From positions 1-41,630 of IMG/VR virus record IMGVR_UViG_3300015265_000006: DNA of 41,630 bases, one strand, 5' to 3'. Both the position numbers and the translations under genes were made by a program. This document shows, one piece after another, positions 14,340 through 24,505 of the stretch; the stretch's first letter is position 1; the number at the start of each line of letters is the position of its first letter. Source of the DNA: a virus. Below the pieces are notes generated by a model, which was given only the letters and a program-made list of their open reading frames with translations, was not told where the DNA came from and ran no database searches.

Positions 14340-16058
14340 TCACTGGCCGTTGATCAGCTGAGGCGCCAGTAGCGGGAGTACCTTGTTGGCCTTCTCCGCG
14401 CCGATGGATAACAGACCCGCCCCCTGACTTGGCTGTCGTAACAGCATGCTTTTCATCGCATTACTGTTCAGGGCTGCATTTGCCCCTCTGCCAGCCGCCA
14501 TAGCGCCGCCGAACAGAAGCGGTGACACAAATCCAGATCCAGCACCAGCTGCACCAAGACCTCCCAACATGATTCGCTGCATGGCTCCGTGCGGACTTTC
14601 GCGAGACTTTAGGAACTGCGCGCTGATATCAGCCAAGTCTTGAAGATCCGGGTTCCCGATGTTCTTCATGTTCGCAAGTCGTGCGATTGAGATGTCCCCG
14701 TCAGCACCGTTCTGCGCCATTTTCTTCAGGTCGAGCATGGTTCCGTATTGCTGGCGAACCTTGGCGAAGGACGCAGCCTCTTCAGGGCTGAGCGAGCGGT
14801 TCAAGGCGCCCATCAATGACTTGCGCAGATCACTGGCGTAGTAGGCTTCCGGGCTGTTGCGCTGGCCGATCCGGTCGAGCGTTTTCTTGATGTTGTAGGC
14901 CGCTTGCCCATCGATTTCGCCGTTCTGCGCTTTCCCGAGGATTTCCTCGATCTGCTTTTGAATGATGCTCGCCTGCCCGGTCTCAAGCTCACTCGTGGCG
15001 CGCTGTCCTTGTTCGACCAGATCATTCAGAAATTGATCATCGACCTTGACCTTGTTGTTCTGCAGAACAGTGTCGAACTTCCCGCCAAGATCGCCTTGAG
15101 CCTTGCGCAGCGCCATGGTGACGTTGTCCGAGTCTTGCCCGAACGTTTTTGAAACTGCGCGGTTGAGCTGGTTCTGCATTTTTTCGAGCGTGGCTGTGCG
15201 CCCACTCAAGGGCATGTACTCCAACGAAGCGGCCAGTGCGTTCAGCGGCTTGCTGTTGACCATGCGATCCGCGGGAACTTGAATGCCCAGGCTGCCAGCT
15301 TTTTGGGCTAGCGACGCAACTTCAGGGCTTACTTCTCCGCCTCGGATAGCTCGGCCAAGTCCTGCGGCTGCGTTTCCGCCAAGCGCCATTGCCCCGGGTA
15401 CAGCGCCGCCAACCATTGCACCAACACCAGCATCTTCAGGGTTGACCAAGCCGGCAGATGCTCCGCCAGTGATAGCGCCGCCAGCAGCACGAGTTGCAAG
15501 ACCTCCTAGACCCTGCATGCCGCCCGCACGGAAGCCGCCAGAGCCGATAGATTCGATAAGAGGCGCAATGTTCGCGGCGCCGGGTAGCATCGCGGCGCCC
15601 TTAGCAATCAGGCCACCCGCACCAGCAGTTCCGGCAATCTCCGCGCCCAGCTTGCCACCCTTGAACGCCATCGAATCAGGCTGAGCACCAAGATCCTGAA
15701 GCGCCCAATCCATATCGGAGCGGCGCTGGCGGTTGGAGTCTAGCGAGAGGCCTTTACCTGCGCGCAGATCCTGCACGATGTCGTAGGGCGCTACCAGAGT
15801 GGCGCCAATGCTGCCAGCGCCGCGCACCGCACCGCCAAGGAGGTTCCCGGCATCCTGCATCAGTTCCTTGCCGGCGTTCGACGGTAGGCGCGTCAGCAGG
15901 TTGCCGAAGCGCCCGGCCTGCGGAGCGGGAGCGGTCGGCGCGGCCTCAACTGGATCAAGTGCAGCCGCTGCCTGAGCGGGAGCGTCGTCCCAAGTGATAC
16001 CAGCAGGATCAATCTGCGGCGCGTCATCCCACTGAATCGAGCTTGGATCAATTGCCAT
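14340..16058 (-). CDS. Virion/ejection (internal) protein, Gly/Ala-rich
   Basis: 572-aa ORF in the structural operon. N-terminal repeated I(Q/T)WDDAP motif. No enzyme motif seen. Confidence 0.6.
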   Translation of the reverse strand: MAIDPSSIQWDDAPQIDPAGITWDDAPAQAAAALDPVEAAPTAPAPQAGRFGNLLTRLPSNAGKELMQDAGNLLGGAVRGAGSIGATLVAPYDIVQDLRAGKGLSLDSNRQRRSDMDWALQDLGAQPDSMAFKGGKLGAEIAGTAGAGGLIAKGAAMLPGAANIAPLIESIGSGGFRAGGMQGLGGLATRAAGGAITGGASAGLVNPEDAGVGAMVGGAVPGAMALGGNAAAGLGRAIRGGEVSPEVASLAQKAGSLGIQVPADRMVNSKPLNALAASLEYMPLSGRTATLEKMQNQLNRAVSKTFGQDSDNVTMALRKAQGDLGGKFDTVLQNNKVKVDDQFLNDLVEQGQRATSELETGQASIIQKQIEEILGKAQNGEIDGQAAYNIKKTLDRIGQRNSPEAYYASDLRKSLMGALNRSLSPEEAASFAKVRQQYGTMLDLKKMAQNGADGDISIARLANMKNIGNPDLQDLADISAQFLKSRESPHGAMQRIMLGGLGAAGAGSGFVSPLLFGGAMAAGRGANAALNSNAMKSMLLRQPSQGAGLLSIGAEKANKVLPLLAPQLINGQ

Positions 16059-17265
16059 ACTCGATTCTCCCGTCTGAATACTGGATTACCTTGCGGCCAG
16101 TGGCGTCCTTACCGGTGCGTACAATCGTGGCTTTGCCGGCCGGCTGAGCGGCCTGCTGCGGCTGAGATGGCGCACCACCACCGACATAGCGCTTGTTCAT
16201 CTCCTCTACAGCATCAAGAGCAGCCATTCTCTCAGCAATAGGAAGGGTTGAGTCTCCAACGCGCCCTGCCATCATCTCGTAATTTCTTCTATCCGCATCC
16301 GATTGCGGCCCTTCCATTCTCGGCATAAGCATCATCATGTTTCCGCCGAGCGCGCTCAGTTTGGCGGCCGCTTGGGCTTCTGGAGTAGTGCGGCCAAAGA
16401 ACCGATTTACCTCATCGCGCTTCGTTCCAAGACCGCTCGCGGTAGCCCCAGGAAGAATCTGGCGAGCCTGATTGATGAGGTCTCCAAGCTTTCCAGCGTT
16501 GTTCTGATTCTTTACGGTCGCCTCTGCCAATGGCCCTGATTGAACGGTGCCCCCGCCCTGAATCTGCGCTGGACGGGCCTCCCCTGTCCCCTTGTCGACA
16601 AGATAACTTTGGCCGTCAGCACCCTGCACGATCTGAACACGCGCCGCCTCTTTGTTGATGTTGTTCGCGTCGTTCATGATGTTGTTCTGCTGACGCTGAT
16701 TGGCGATGCTTGCCCAGCCGCGTGAGTTAGCTGCCTGCTCGCCCGGAGACATGCTCATAGTGAAGCTCTCGCCAGCTTTTGGGATGGCGAACTGCTTGGC
16801 GCCGCCAGTATCGACCAGCTGCGGCGCGACGTAGGAATCAATGGCATTGCCTACCGGACGCCCATACTCGTCGTACTGCATGGTCTGCTTGCCGCCGTCA
16901 GCGCTAGGAATGTCGACGGTGCGGGCTACCTTGGCCATAGAGGCCATGGGCAACTGCGAGAGAGTCATCATGTCCTTGGCAGGCAAGCCAAGCGCGGCAC
17001 CGCGTTTAAAGTCGAATTTAGTGTTGCCGGCCTCGTCCGTGGAATACAGGCTCGGAAGCTGCTCCATTTGTTGCTGCTTCATCTGAAAAGCTTGATTCTT
17101 CAAGGCGTTAGACCCGGCAGCGGAGTACCCAGCAAGCCCCGATAACCCTGCAGCGCCAAGCGTATTCATCGGGCCACCACGACCAGCCGTAGCAAGGCCG
17201 CCAAACGCAGCGGCCAAGAGGCCCTGCCCTGCCGGAGACTTTACGAAATCAAGAAGTCCGTCCAT
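16048..17265 (-). CDS. Virion/ejection (internal) protein
   Basis: ATG at 17265 (MDGLLDFVKSPAG...) lies just after the upstream stop. The track start at 17343 is an extension. Confidence 0.6.
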   Translation of the reverse strand: MDGLLDFVKSPAGQGLLAAAFGGLATAGRGGPMNTLGAAGLSGLAGYSAAGSNALKNQAFQMKQQQMEQLPSLYSTDEAGNTKFDFKRGAALGLPAKDMMTLSQLPMASMAKVARTVDIPSADGGKQTMQYDEYGRPVGNAIDSYVAPQLVDTGGAKQFAIPKAGESFTMSMSPGEQAANSRGWASIANQRQQNNIMNDANNINKEAARVQIVQGADGQSYLVDKGTGEARPAQIQGGGTVQSGPLAEATVKNQNNAGKLGDLINQARQILPGATASGLGTKRDEVNRFFGRTTPEAQAAAKLSALGGNMMMLMPRMEGPQSDADRRNYEMMAGRVGDSTLPIAERMAALDAVEEMNKRYVGGGAPSQPQQAAQPAGKATIVRTGKDATGRKVIQYSDGRIEYGN

Positions 17266-17266
17266 A

Positions 17267-17833
17267 TCAACCCCACAGAGTTCGGTGCTGGGCCTGCATC
17301 TGTTGCCTACGAGCCAACAGAGGATCTTGGGAGCCTTGCGCAAGCTGCGCCAAGGTTTGCGAACCGCTTGCGCTCAAGGGTTGCATTTGAGGCGCCTGTT
17401 GCTGACCTTGGCCACCGCCTAAAAGGCTTGCCGCCGTCATGCCGGTTGATGCTGCGTCCATGAATGGTTTGGCAGAACTGGCAAACTGCCCTGCCTGCTG
17501 GCCGAGCGTACCAAGCAGTCCAGCAGATGGAGCCGCGGAAGCTCCGCCGGCAATCGTGGCAGATCCCGCAGTGCCAGAAGCCAACGACTGGCCAAGGCCA
17601 AATCCGACGCCACTACCAGCGCCTCCAGCGCCCGCTGCTCCTGCTCCTGCGGCACCTGCACCAGCCGCTCCAGCGCCTCCGGCAGCAGCTCCACCAGCCA
17701 AAGCAGCGCCGCCCAGCAGGCCGCCACCAGCACCCATCGCACCGCCCATCATCGCCCCTTTCAAAGGCTTGTCCTTGTTCGACATCGCGCCAGCAATAGC
17801 GCCAATTGCGATTGGAATCAGTAATGGGAGCAT
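17267..17833 (-). CDS. Gly/Ala-rich low-complexity virion protein with N-terminal hydrophobic segment
   Basis: 188-aa ORF, MLPLLIPIAIGAIAGA..., with (GAGAA)n-like repeats. Confidence 0.55.
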   Translation of the reverse strand: MLPLLIPIAIGAIAGAMSNKDKPLKGAMMGGAMGAGGGLLGGAALAGGAAAGGAGAAGAGAAGAGAAGAGGAGSGVGFGLGQSLASGTAGSATIAGGASAAPSAGLLGTLGQQAGQFASSAKPFMDAASTGMTAASLLGGGQGQQQAPQMQPLSASGSQTLAQLAQGSQDPLLARRQQMQAQHRTLWG

Positions 17834-18711
17834 TATTTGCCGCCTCCTGAAGACTTCGTAGACGATGATTGGCCAAGGCCAGAATCAAAAACGCCGGACA
17901 TGGCGGCAAGTTGCTTGTATGGGAGGTTTTGCTGATCCAGATAGCTCTGGTAGTTCGTATCAAGCTTCTGCTGTTCGTTGTCTTGCCATTGAGTGCCGAG
18001 TTTCAGGAACTGCCCAGCATCCGTATAGGCCTGGTTGCCGTAGGTTGGAGCAAGGTTCATGTACTGTGATTTCAGGTTGTCGTTCCGGCTCGCATAGTTT
18101 TCTGCGAGCTGTTGCTGCGCCGTGTAGTCCTGCATGCGCATGCCGGCCGCAGTGTTGCCAAGGTTCTTGGCCAGGTCATTCATGGCGTTCTGGGTCGTCG
18201 CTTGAGCGCCCGTGTTCCCGAACGAGCCAGAGCTGACCATCTGGCCCGTGAGGCCTGGAGCTACGGCGTTGTTGTAGTTGCGCGTAATATCGCCGAGCGC
18301 GGCGTCGATATTCTGTTGCAAGTACGGATTGGCGCCTGCGTACCCGTTTTTTGTAGCCGCATTACCGGTTTCCAAGCCATTTTGCATCGTGCTTTTAGCC
18401 TGATTCATCAGCGAATCGCCACTGAATGCCCGGTTGGCAATCATGTTCGCGCCTTGATCTTGGGCCCAGTTCATGTCGGCAACCTGCTGGCCGCCATAGG
18501 GCTGATACCCCTGATTGGACAAATCCATGGCCTTGTTGGCGTACGCGGACGCCAGTGGCTTCAACTCGGTAGGAATGGTCTGGGTCGTCGTGCTAGATCC
18601 ACCACCGCCCTTGCGAGGCTTCAGACGCCCACCCATATGATCGGGTAGCGAGCCAATGGCAGGGCCGCCGAACTCAGCGCTAAGCTGATCATTCAAGGCA
18701 TCGATATTCAC
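17833..18711 (-). CDS. Gln/Asn-rich virion protein
   Basis: 292-aa ORF. Its GTG start overlaps the upstream stop (GTGA). Confidence 0.6.
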   Translation of the reverse strand: MNIDALNDQLSAEFGGPAIGSLPDHMGGRLKPRKGGGGSSTTTQTIPTELKPLASAYANKAMDLSNQGYQPYGGQQVADMNWAQDQGANMIANRAFSGDSLMNQAKSTMQNGLETGNAATKNGYAGANPYLQQNIDAALGDITRNYNNAVAPGLTGQMVSSGSFGNTGAQATTQNAMNDLAKNLGNTAAGMRMQDYTAQQQLAENYASRNDNLKSQYMNLAPTYGNQAYTDAGQFLKLGTQWQDNEQQKLDTNYQSYLDQQNLPYKQLAAMSGVFDSGLGQSSSTKSSGGGK

Positions 18712-19118
18712 AGTTCAACCTCCAAGACTTGGTAGACGGGTGCAAATCCGCACCGCTGGCGATAGAGGCGCTCTTGCGCAGGCTTTGCCGCGCAGCGAAG
18801 TCTCAGGCAGCCGAATGCATGCGCCATGGCTTTTATTTCGTCGAAGAACTCTTCGAAGTGACCGTGCGGGGCATACATCTCGTAGACGTACAACACGCGG
18901 AAATTAGGGAGCTGCTCTACGCCAACGACGCCCCATCCGGAGATGACGTCGTCTCGATCTAGTCGAACCAGCGTGCGCTCGCCGCGACTGAGCATCATCT
19001 TCAATTGATCGCCTGTGATCTCGCCGCCGGATGTCGCGCAGGCCAGCCCGAGCTTGTCGGCGCCTTCCTTCCAGGCCACATCGATGTGCGTTGTGGGTAC
19101 CACAATGACTTTATTCAT
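18708..19118 (-). CDS. GNAT-like acetyltransferase-fold protein in the virion module
   Basis: 136 aa from ATG 19118. The C-terminal ...AHAFGCLRLRCAAKPAQERLYRQRCGFAPV... resembles the GNAT acetyl-CoA-binding beta4-alpha3 region. Weak, made by eye. Confidence 0.45.
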   Translation of the reverse strand: MNKVIVVPTTHIDVAWKEGADKLGLACATSGGEITGDQLKMMLSRGERTLVRLDRDDVISGWGVVGVEQLPNFRVLYVYEMYAPHGHFEEFFDEIKAMAHAFGCLRLRCAAKPAQERLYRQRCGFAPVYQVLEVEL

Positions 19119-19411
19119 CAGTTCCCCGTCAGGAAGCGTTTTTGCACCCAGGTTCCAGGCGTTCCGGAGGCAACACAGACCCACCCCTCGATCACGTACT
19201 TGGAGCCGGCAGTGCCAAGCTCTGTAGGCGTGGAATTTTTCACCGAGTCGCCTTGCATGTTCGTGCCACTCGTTGGTACTGATGTGAGCGCGGTATATGA
19301 ACCAGCAATCCGCCCTTCTGAAATCAGGTTGATCTGTACCGCGTGCTCGCGCAGCTCTCGCTGCAATACCGGGTCATTTGTTCCAACCCTTGGCGTGGTA
19401 TTGGCTTTCAC
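19118..19411 (-). CDS. Small virion-associated protein ending ...YVIEGWVCVASGTPGTWVQ...
   Basis: GTG at 19411 lies 2 nt after the upstream stop, with GGGAGA Shine-Dalgarno sequence. The C-terminal GW.C..GTPGTW motif is recalled from fibre/spike-like proteins. Confidence 0.45.
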   Translation of the reverse strand: MKANTTPRVGTNDPVLQRELREHAVQINLISEGRIAGSYTALTSVPTSGTNMQGDSVKNSTPTELGTAGSKYVIEGWVCVASGTPGTWVQKRFLTGN

Positions 19412-19413
19412 GG

Positions 19414-20859
19414 TCAACGTCTCCCGGAGGCGGATAAGCTGGCGTCCATGTGGGTGATTCGGACAGGCCCGACGAAGCTGAACGTCGCCTTGTGCCACCG
19501 CGCGGTCTGACGCAAGTCAAACTTTCCATCGAGTACTGAGCCAGTGGCACCAGCGGTGAAACCGACACCGGAATTCATCTGAATGAAGGTCTGCACGGAA
19601 GAAGACGTAGGAGCCAATGCATAGCGCAGGCGGATTTTGTTCAGCGAGGAAACGCCATCGTCATCACCCACCTCTCCGGTGGTCATGGAGCTGGACAGCG
19701 AGGCGCCCGTCATCGACTGAAGCTGGTGCGACGTGTTGAAGATCGACATCGACTTGCCACCGGTTAGCCAGAACTGCGAGTCAAATGAATATGAGGCCAG
19801 ACCATCTATGGTCGCGGAAATAGACGGCAACCCGTCGATTGTCACGCCATTGGAGATGTAGTTGAGCGCAGCCTCAATGCTGCGGTTGGCTACCCCCCAC
19901 TTCTTGGCCGTGACGTGGTAGACCAAGGCCGAATCGGGAGTGGTAGAACTCAGCGACGGGTAAAACACCCAAACCAGATTCTTCTGCCGATCAAAGACGC
20001 AAATGGTCTTGTACCGATAAGACGGGTTGGAGCGATCGAAGAAGAACTGACGAACAAACCCATCCGCCACCGGAACCGGGCGCGTGCCGTCAAAAATCCA
20101 TAGATTGTCATCACCAACGAAGAAGTGGGCGCCGCCGATATCGCAGATCGCCTCTTTGCCAATGCAGCCCGCCTCACCGCCTGGAACCTGAATCCAGTTC
20201 CATACAGTGGGCGCGCCGACATATTGGCCAAGGTAGATTGACTTCGTTTTGTAGGCGATGGCGTACTCGCCAAGCCGCATGCCTGCCGTGAGCTTTCCAG
20301 AAGTCGCAACAAGGCGCCCTGACGTAGCCTGAGTGGCGAGACTTGGCGTCCAAGACGTGTCATCGAACGCGGCGCAGCAATGCCAGCCATCCGGCTTTTC
20401 AGACCCGTCATTGGTGTTCAATGCCATGACGAACGCGCCAACACTAAACAGAATCTCTGCTTTCGGCGCAGTGGCCACATCAGCAAAAGCCGCGCCGGTT
20501 GAGCGCTGAATCACATCAGCCCGGTTCGCGCACAGAGTCGCGTCGCCGAACTGAGTGATAGACCACCGGGTATCAACGCCGCCGTTGTAGGCTGCAGCCC
20601 GGCCGATATCTACCCAGGAACCCGCCGACAGCTCGTAAAGCTTTGTGGTGGTTCCAGCGATGATGCGGCGCGTATCGTCCAGCTTTGTGACGACGGCAGC
20701 ACCAATACAGGCAGCGGCAAGCGCAGGCGTAGCAGCAGGCGTCACAGGATCTGGCGCACCCTCCATGCCATTCAGGTACGGGATCAGGTTGACGCAATCA
20801 GTCAACAGGCCCGGCGTGGTCACGTCGGCATCTGGCGCGAAGCCTACGAGAGGGATCAT
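19414..20859 (-). CDS. Large tail structural protein (putative tail tube/nozzle-type)
   Basis: 481-aa ORF directly after the adaptor-like gene. Function is inferred from position only. Confidence 0.55.
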   Translation of the reverse strand: MIPLVGFAPDADVTTPGLLTDCVNLIPYLNGMEGAPDPVTPAATPALAAACIGAAVVTKLDDTRRIIAGTTTKLYELSAGSWVDIGRAAAYNGGVDTRWSITQFGDATLCANRADVIQRSTGAAFADVATAPKAEILFSVGAFVMALNTNDGSEKPDGWHCCAAFDDTSWTPSLATQATSGRLVATSGKLTAGMRLGEYAIAYKTKSIYLGQYVGAPTVWNWIQVPGGEAGCIGKEAICDIGGAHFFVGDDNLWIFDGTRPVPVADGFVRQFFFDRSNPSYRYKTICVFDRQKNLVWVFYPSLSSTTPDSALVYHVTAKKWGVANRSIEAALNYISNGVTIDGLPSISATIDGLASYSFDSQFWLTGGKSMSIFNTSHQLQSMTGASLSSSMTTGEVGDDDGVSSLNKIRLRYALAPTSSSVQTFIQMNSGVGFTAGATGSVLDGKFDLRQTARWHKATFSFVGPVRITHMDASLSASGRR

Positions 20860-21461
20860 CTGGCGCGAACCTTCATAGTCGAACCGCTGTACCAGTCAAC
20901 CCCGTTGATGCTTTCAATAGCCGCCGAATAAAGCTGGCCCCAGACCTGCAGGCGCTCATCGTTCATGATGAATGGAGTGGCGGCCAGCAAAGAGGCATAC
21001 AGGTAGGCATTAGGCCAACTGGTCAAAAGCCAGTTGGTGGTGTTCGCATCAGAAAGTGCCGGAATCCTCTGCTGATAGGTCAGCTCCAGCGAATACACCG
21101 CATCAGGGATTGGTGCCAGCTCAACATTCGAGCCTACGACCGTAAAGACAACGGGCTGCCCCGATCCGTTTGCTGCATAGTCGATACTCAGCTCGTCCGG
21201 AGAACGGTAGGACAGCGGCTGGTTGTAGGTGCCAGCAACTTGCAGGCGGCGCATCTCCAACATGTCAGACGGCAGCGCGACGGTCTTTGTACCGGCAACC
21301 GTTGAGAGCGTCACCTTGGCCTCCATGGCGCGAGTCTTGAGGTCAGTGCTGAGCTGCGCCTCGGCCAAAGTGATGAAGTCGGGGATATTGACCGTCAGGT
21401 CACTACGGTTCAGCCACGATGCTACCGACGCTTGTAGCTCCGAGTAGTTGGTGATGCTCAT
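20856..21461 (-). CDS. Head-tail adaptor-like protein
   Basis: MSITNYSELQASVASWLNRSDL...IPDFITLAEAQL... N-terminal pattern recalled from phage adaptor proteins. ATGA-coupled. Confidence 0.55.
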   Translation of the reverse strand: MSITNYSELQASVASWLNRSDLTVNIPDFITLAEAQLSTDLKTRAMEAKVTLSTVAGTKTVALPSDMLEMRRLQVAGTYNQPLSYRSPDELSIDYAANGSGQPVVFTVVGSNVELAPIPDAVYSLELTYQQRIPALSDANTTNWLLTSWPNAYLYASLLAATPFIMNDERLQVWGQLYSAAIESINGVDWYSGSTMKVRAR

Positions 21462-21745
21462 ACTTTGCCCTTCCATACCCGAAATGCAGACAGGTCAGGG
21501 TCGTTCAGCATCCGGCGCATATGCTCCTTGTTGCTGATGCACTCGTGAAAGGTGATCGAATTCTTGTTGCAATAGCCCTCGATAATCACGAACGGAATGC
21601 TGGCCGCGTGTTTCATTTCCGAGCTGCCATGATGACCACCGTTGTGCAGCGCCTTCATGCGCTCCGCAATGGCGGTGCAGTCCTGAGTGCGCTGAACGGT
21701 CATCTTGCCGTCATGGAAATGGAACTTCGTTTCGAGGTCGATCAT
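21458..21745 (-). CDS. Hypothetical structural-module protein
   Basis: 95-aa ORF. Confidence 0.5.
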   Translation of the reverse strand: MIDLETKFHFHDGKMTVQRTQDCTAIAERMKALHNGGHHGSSEMKHAASIPFVIIEGYCNKNSITFHECISNKEHMRRMLNDPDLSAFRVWKGKV

Positions 21746-22054
21746 TTACATGTTCTCCAGCGGAGAGACTTGCACCACGCCAGCAGCCGTCACTTGCAGC
21801 GCGGCAATCTTCGTCAGGTTGCACACGGCGATGATTACGGCGTCGCCCGGCTGAACCATCATGTCGGTATTGACCGCCGTTACCGTGCCGTTGCCGATGC
21901 GCACATACGCACCCGTGCTGGCCGTGATCCGGATGTAACGAGGCAGCTCGCCGCTCGACATGTTGGGGATGGTTGCGCTGGCAGATGTGCCAGTCGTAGG
22001 AATATTGACGCCTGTGGCCACAACCATGACCGCGCCTTCGAACGTATTGCTCAT
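21746..22054 (-). CDS. Hypothetical small capsid-associated protein
   Basis: 102-aa ORF with GGAGC Shine-Dalgarno-like sequence upstream. Confidence 0.5.
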   Translation of the reverse strand: MSNTFEGAVMVVATGVNIPTTGTSASATIPNMSSGELPRYIRITASTGAYVRIGNGTVTAVNTDMMVQPGDAVIIAVCNLTKIAALQVTAAGVVQVSPLENM

Positions 22055-22096
22055 TGGAGCTTCCTCAAAGGGAGCCGCCCCCGAAGGGGCAGCGGA

Positions 22097-22519
22097 TTAG
22101 GCAGGGTTGAGGGTGATGGTGATGTTGCCAACTGCCGATGTGGCAGTACCGGTCAGGTCGAAGCAGATCGAGTCTCCAGCAGCGAGCAGGAGGTCACTCG
22201 GAGTGGTGGACAGGGTCAGCGCTTGCTGGGCGTTGGCGGTGCCGACGAGGTTGAAGCTGCCGGTGTGCAGAGCGGTTCCAGAAGTGATGGCGGTGCCGCT
22301 CGGCACTTTGCGCATCACGGCCGTACAGGCGCCGCCAGTGCCAGCCACATCAACGCGGCCGCGAACGGCCTTGACGACGTAAGGACGATCAGCAGTGAAC
22401 AGGGTGCAATCGACCGTGGACGCGGTGTAGATCAGGACAACCGGGACAAAACCGCCGTCGCCGCCTGCCGACCCTTCGATGCCCAGCGAGCTATCGCCAA
22501 GCTGTTTGATCTGAGGCAT
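22097..22519 (-). CDS. Capsid-associated (decoration-like) protein
   Basis: 140-aa ORF immediately after the major capsid gene. Function from position only. Confidence 0.5.
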   Translation of the reverse strand: MPQIKQLGDSSLGIEGSAGGDGGFVPVVLIYTASTVDCTLFTADRPYVVKAVRGRVDVAGTGGACTAVMRKVPSGTAITSGTALHTGSFNLVGTANAQQALTLSTTPSDLLLAAGDSICFDLTGTATSAVGNITITLNPA

Positions 22520-22579
22520 TTGGGTTTCTCCTAAAAGAAAAGGGGAGCCGAAGCTCCCCTTGGGTTGTTGCCGTCAGGA

Positions 22580-23503
22580 TCAGGCGACGTCGTAGACTGC
22601 GCCGCTGGCCTTCGGTGCGCGTGCGGTCACAGTCCATTCCACGACCAGCTCGCGCTGCATGGCGTCGCCGGTTTGAGCCAGCTCGATGGTCTGGAACGGA
22701 CGCAGGTAGTCGATAGACCATTTACCGGATTCCAGAACAAACACGTCGTTCGCGTCCTGGAAGCGGGAAGGAATGGCCTTCAGCTCACCGAAGTCCGATA
22801 CATACACGTCGACCGAGGCGTACAGCTTCGAGTCTTCGCTCTTGTCGAAACGAGTCGAGTTACCGGTGAAGGTCGAGAAGGTCTGCTTCGCGGCAGGAGG
22901 CAGCAGGATCGAATCCGGATCGCCACCAGCGGTGAAACACTTCTGCAGCACGTCCTTCAGGCGCGCTTCGGTGAAGGCAATCGCGGTGCCCTTGGTACGG
23001 CCGGTGTTGCCGGTGTACGAAGCCAGAGTGCCGCCGTTGCGGTTCACGTTGTCCACGACCCAGCCCACCAGCCCACGAGATTGACGCGGAGCAGTAGCGG
23101 TGACGTCGAGCTGGGTGGCCGAGCTTTCCATATCGCGGCGCAGTTCCAGCGCAGCCAGGCTCAACTGGTAGGCCAGCTCGTCTTTACGACCTGCCGGGTT
23201 CATCGCCTGTTGAGTGCCGGACACGATCACGGTTTTGGTCGAGATCTGGGTACGGTTGTTCAGGCGAACAGTCGGGGTAACGGTCTTGGCCGAAGCGTTG
23301 TCGCCTTCAACCTGGGCGTTGTTGGTCACGGCAGAGGCCAGATCCTGGGTTTGCCACTCGTGCAGGGTGTTGGTCGCCTTACCCTTGGCTGCCAGCGAGA
23401 TGAACGGTGTGGCAGTCGGGGAAATGCGGTAGATGGTGTCGGTCAGGTCTTCACGGTTGCCGATTGCGGCAGTGGTGAGGAAAGTATTGCTGGGTGCGGC
23501 CAT
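22580..23503 (-). CDS. Major capsid protein (DUF5309/SU10-type, HK97 fold)
   Basis: N-terminal ...AIGNREDLTDTIYRISPTATPFISL...HEWQTQDLA signature. Confidence 0.85.
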   Translation of the reverse strand: MAAPSNTFLTTAAIGNREDLTDTIYRISPTATPFISLAAKGKATNTLHEWQTQDLASAVTNNAQVEGDNASAKTVTPTVRLNNRTQISTKTVIVSGTQQAMNPAGRKDELAYQLSLAALELRRDMESSATQLDVTATAPRQSRGLVGWVVDNVNRNGGTLASYTGNTGRTKGTAIAFTEARLKDVLQKCFTAGGDPDSILLPPAAKQTFSTFTGNSTRFDKSEDSKLYASVDVYVSDFGELKAIPSRFQDANDVFVLESGKWSIDYLRPFQTIELAQTGDAMQRELVVEWTVTARAPKASGAVYDVA

Positions 23504-23518
23504 GATTGTGCTCCGAAA

Positions 23519-24505
23519 TTAAAGGAATTGAGCGAATACGGCGGCGGCAGATTCAACGGTGCCGTTCTTGGCATGGTTCTTCGCGGCGGTCGTGCGACCG
23601 TCTGCGTTTCCGTTGGAGGTGACGCCGGGCTTGACCACTCGCTGCGGGGCTTCTTGAACCTTCTTGGCTTGCACATTGGCTTTGGCCATCAGTTGGTCGT
23701 AAAGCATCGCTTTGCGGGCCACGAGAACGTGGCGGTGGTCGGCAATGGACGAAATGTCCTCAGCCTCGAAACCCTGCTCTTGCAGGAACTTCGAGATAGC
23801 GGCTTTTTCGGCTGCGGCCTTTGCATCGTCTTTCCAGTCCGGGAGCTTGGCGAGGAGGTCTTCCTGCTGCTTGGCCAGATAACTTTGGTGGGCTTGTGCC
23901 TGTTCGTTCTGGAACTGCTGCGCGAGTTTTTGTTGTTCCTGCATGTTTTGCTGATACAGCGCTTGTCTCTGTTGAAAGAGTTGCTGCTGCTTCAGGTACT
24001 CCATCGGATCGGACTCAAGCAGAGCTTGCCAGTCGATTTGACCCTGTTGTTCCAACACGCCTTCGAGCTGTACGGCCATGCGCTGGAGTTCGCCGGCATA
24101 TTGCTGGCGCTCCTGCTGTGCCGTCTGCATCACGGCGTCTGCTTCTTTGCGTTGTTGCGCGGCTTCCATCGTCTTCTTGGTGTAGTCAGACTGACGTTGG
24201 TAGCCATTCTTCAGCTCGTCGAGCGATACCTCGACCTCCTTGCCGTCGATCTTGACGGTGAAGGTCTGCGGCTCGTCCTCTTGCTCGCTGGATTCTTCTT
24301 CCTGCTCCTGCTCGGCCTCGACTTCAGGCTCGTCAGGCAGCTCTTTGTGTTCTTCGGAGCCGTGCTCCTGCTCTTCCGCAGCAGGCGGATCAAGCAACGC
24401 AGCGAACGCCGCCGCGCCGCCGTCAACGGTCAGTGCACCGCCGCCATCGCCGACGGATTCGTTCATGAGTACGTGGCCCAGCATGCGGTTAATAAACAAG
24501 CTCAT
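23519..24505 (-). CDS. Scaffolding protein
   Basis: 328 aa, acidic E/Q-rich coiled coil, between the portal and capsid genes. Confidence 0.7.
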   Translation of the reverse strand: MSLFINRMLGHVLMNESVGDGGGALTVDGGAAAFAALLDPPAAEEQEHGSEEHKELPDEPEVEAEQEQEEESSEQEDEPQTFTVKIDGKEVEVSLDELKNGYQRQSDYTKKTMEAAQQRKEADAVMQTAQQERQQYAGELQRMAVQLEGVLEQQGQIDWQALLESDPMEYLKQQQLFQQRQALYQQNMQEQQKLAQQFQNEQAQAHQSYLAKQQEDLLAKLPDWKDDAKAAAEKAAISKFLQEQGFEAEDISSIADHRHVLVARKAMLYDQLMAKANVQAKKVQEAPQRVVKPGVTSNGNADGRTTAAKNHAKNGTVESAAAVFAQFL

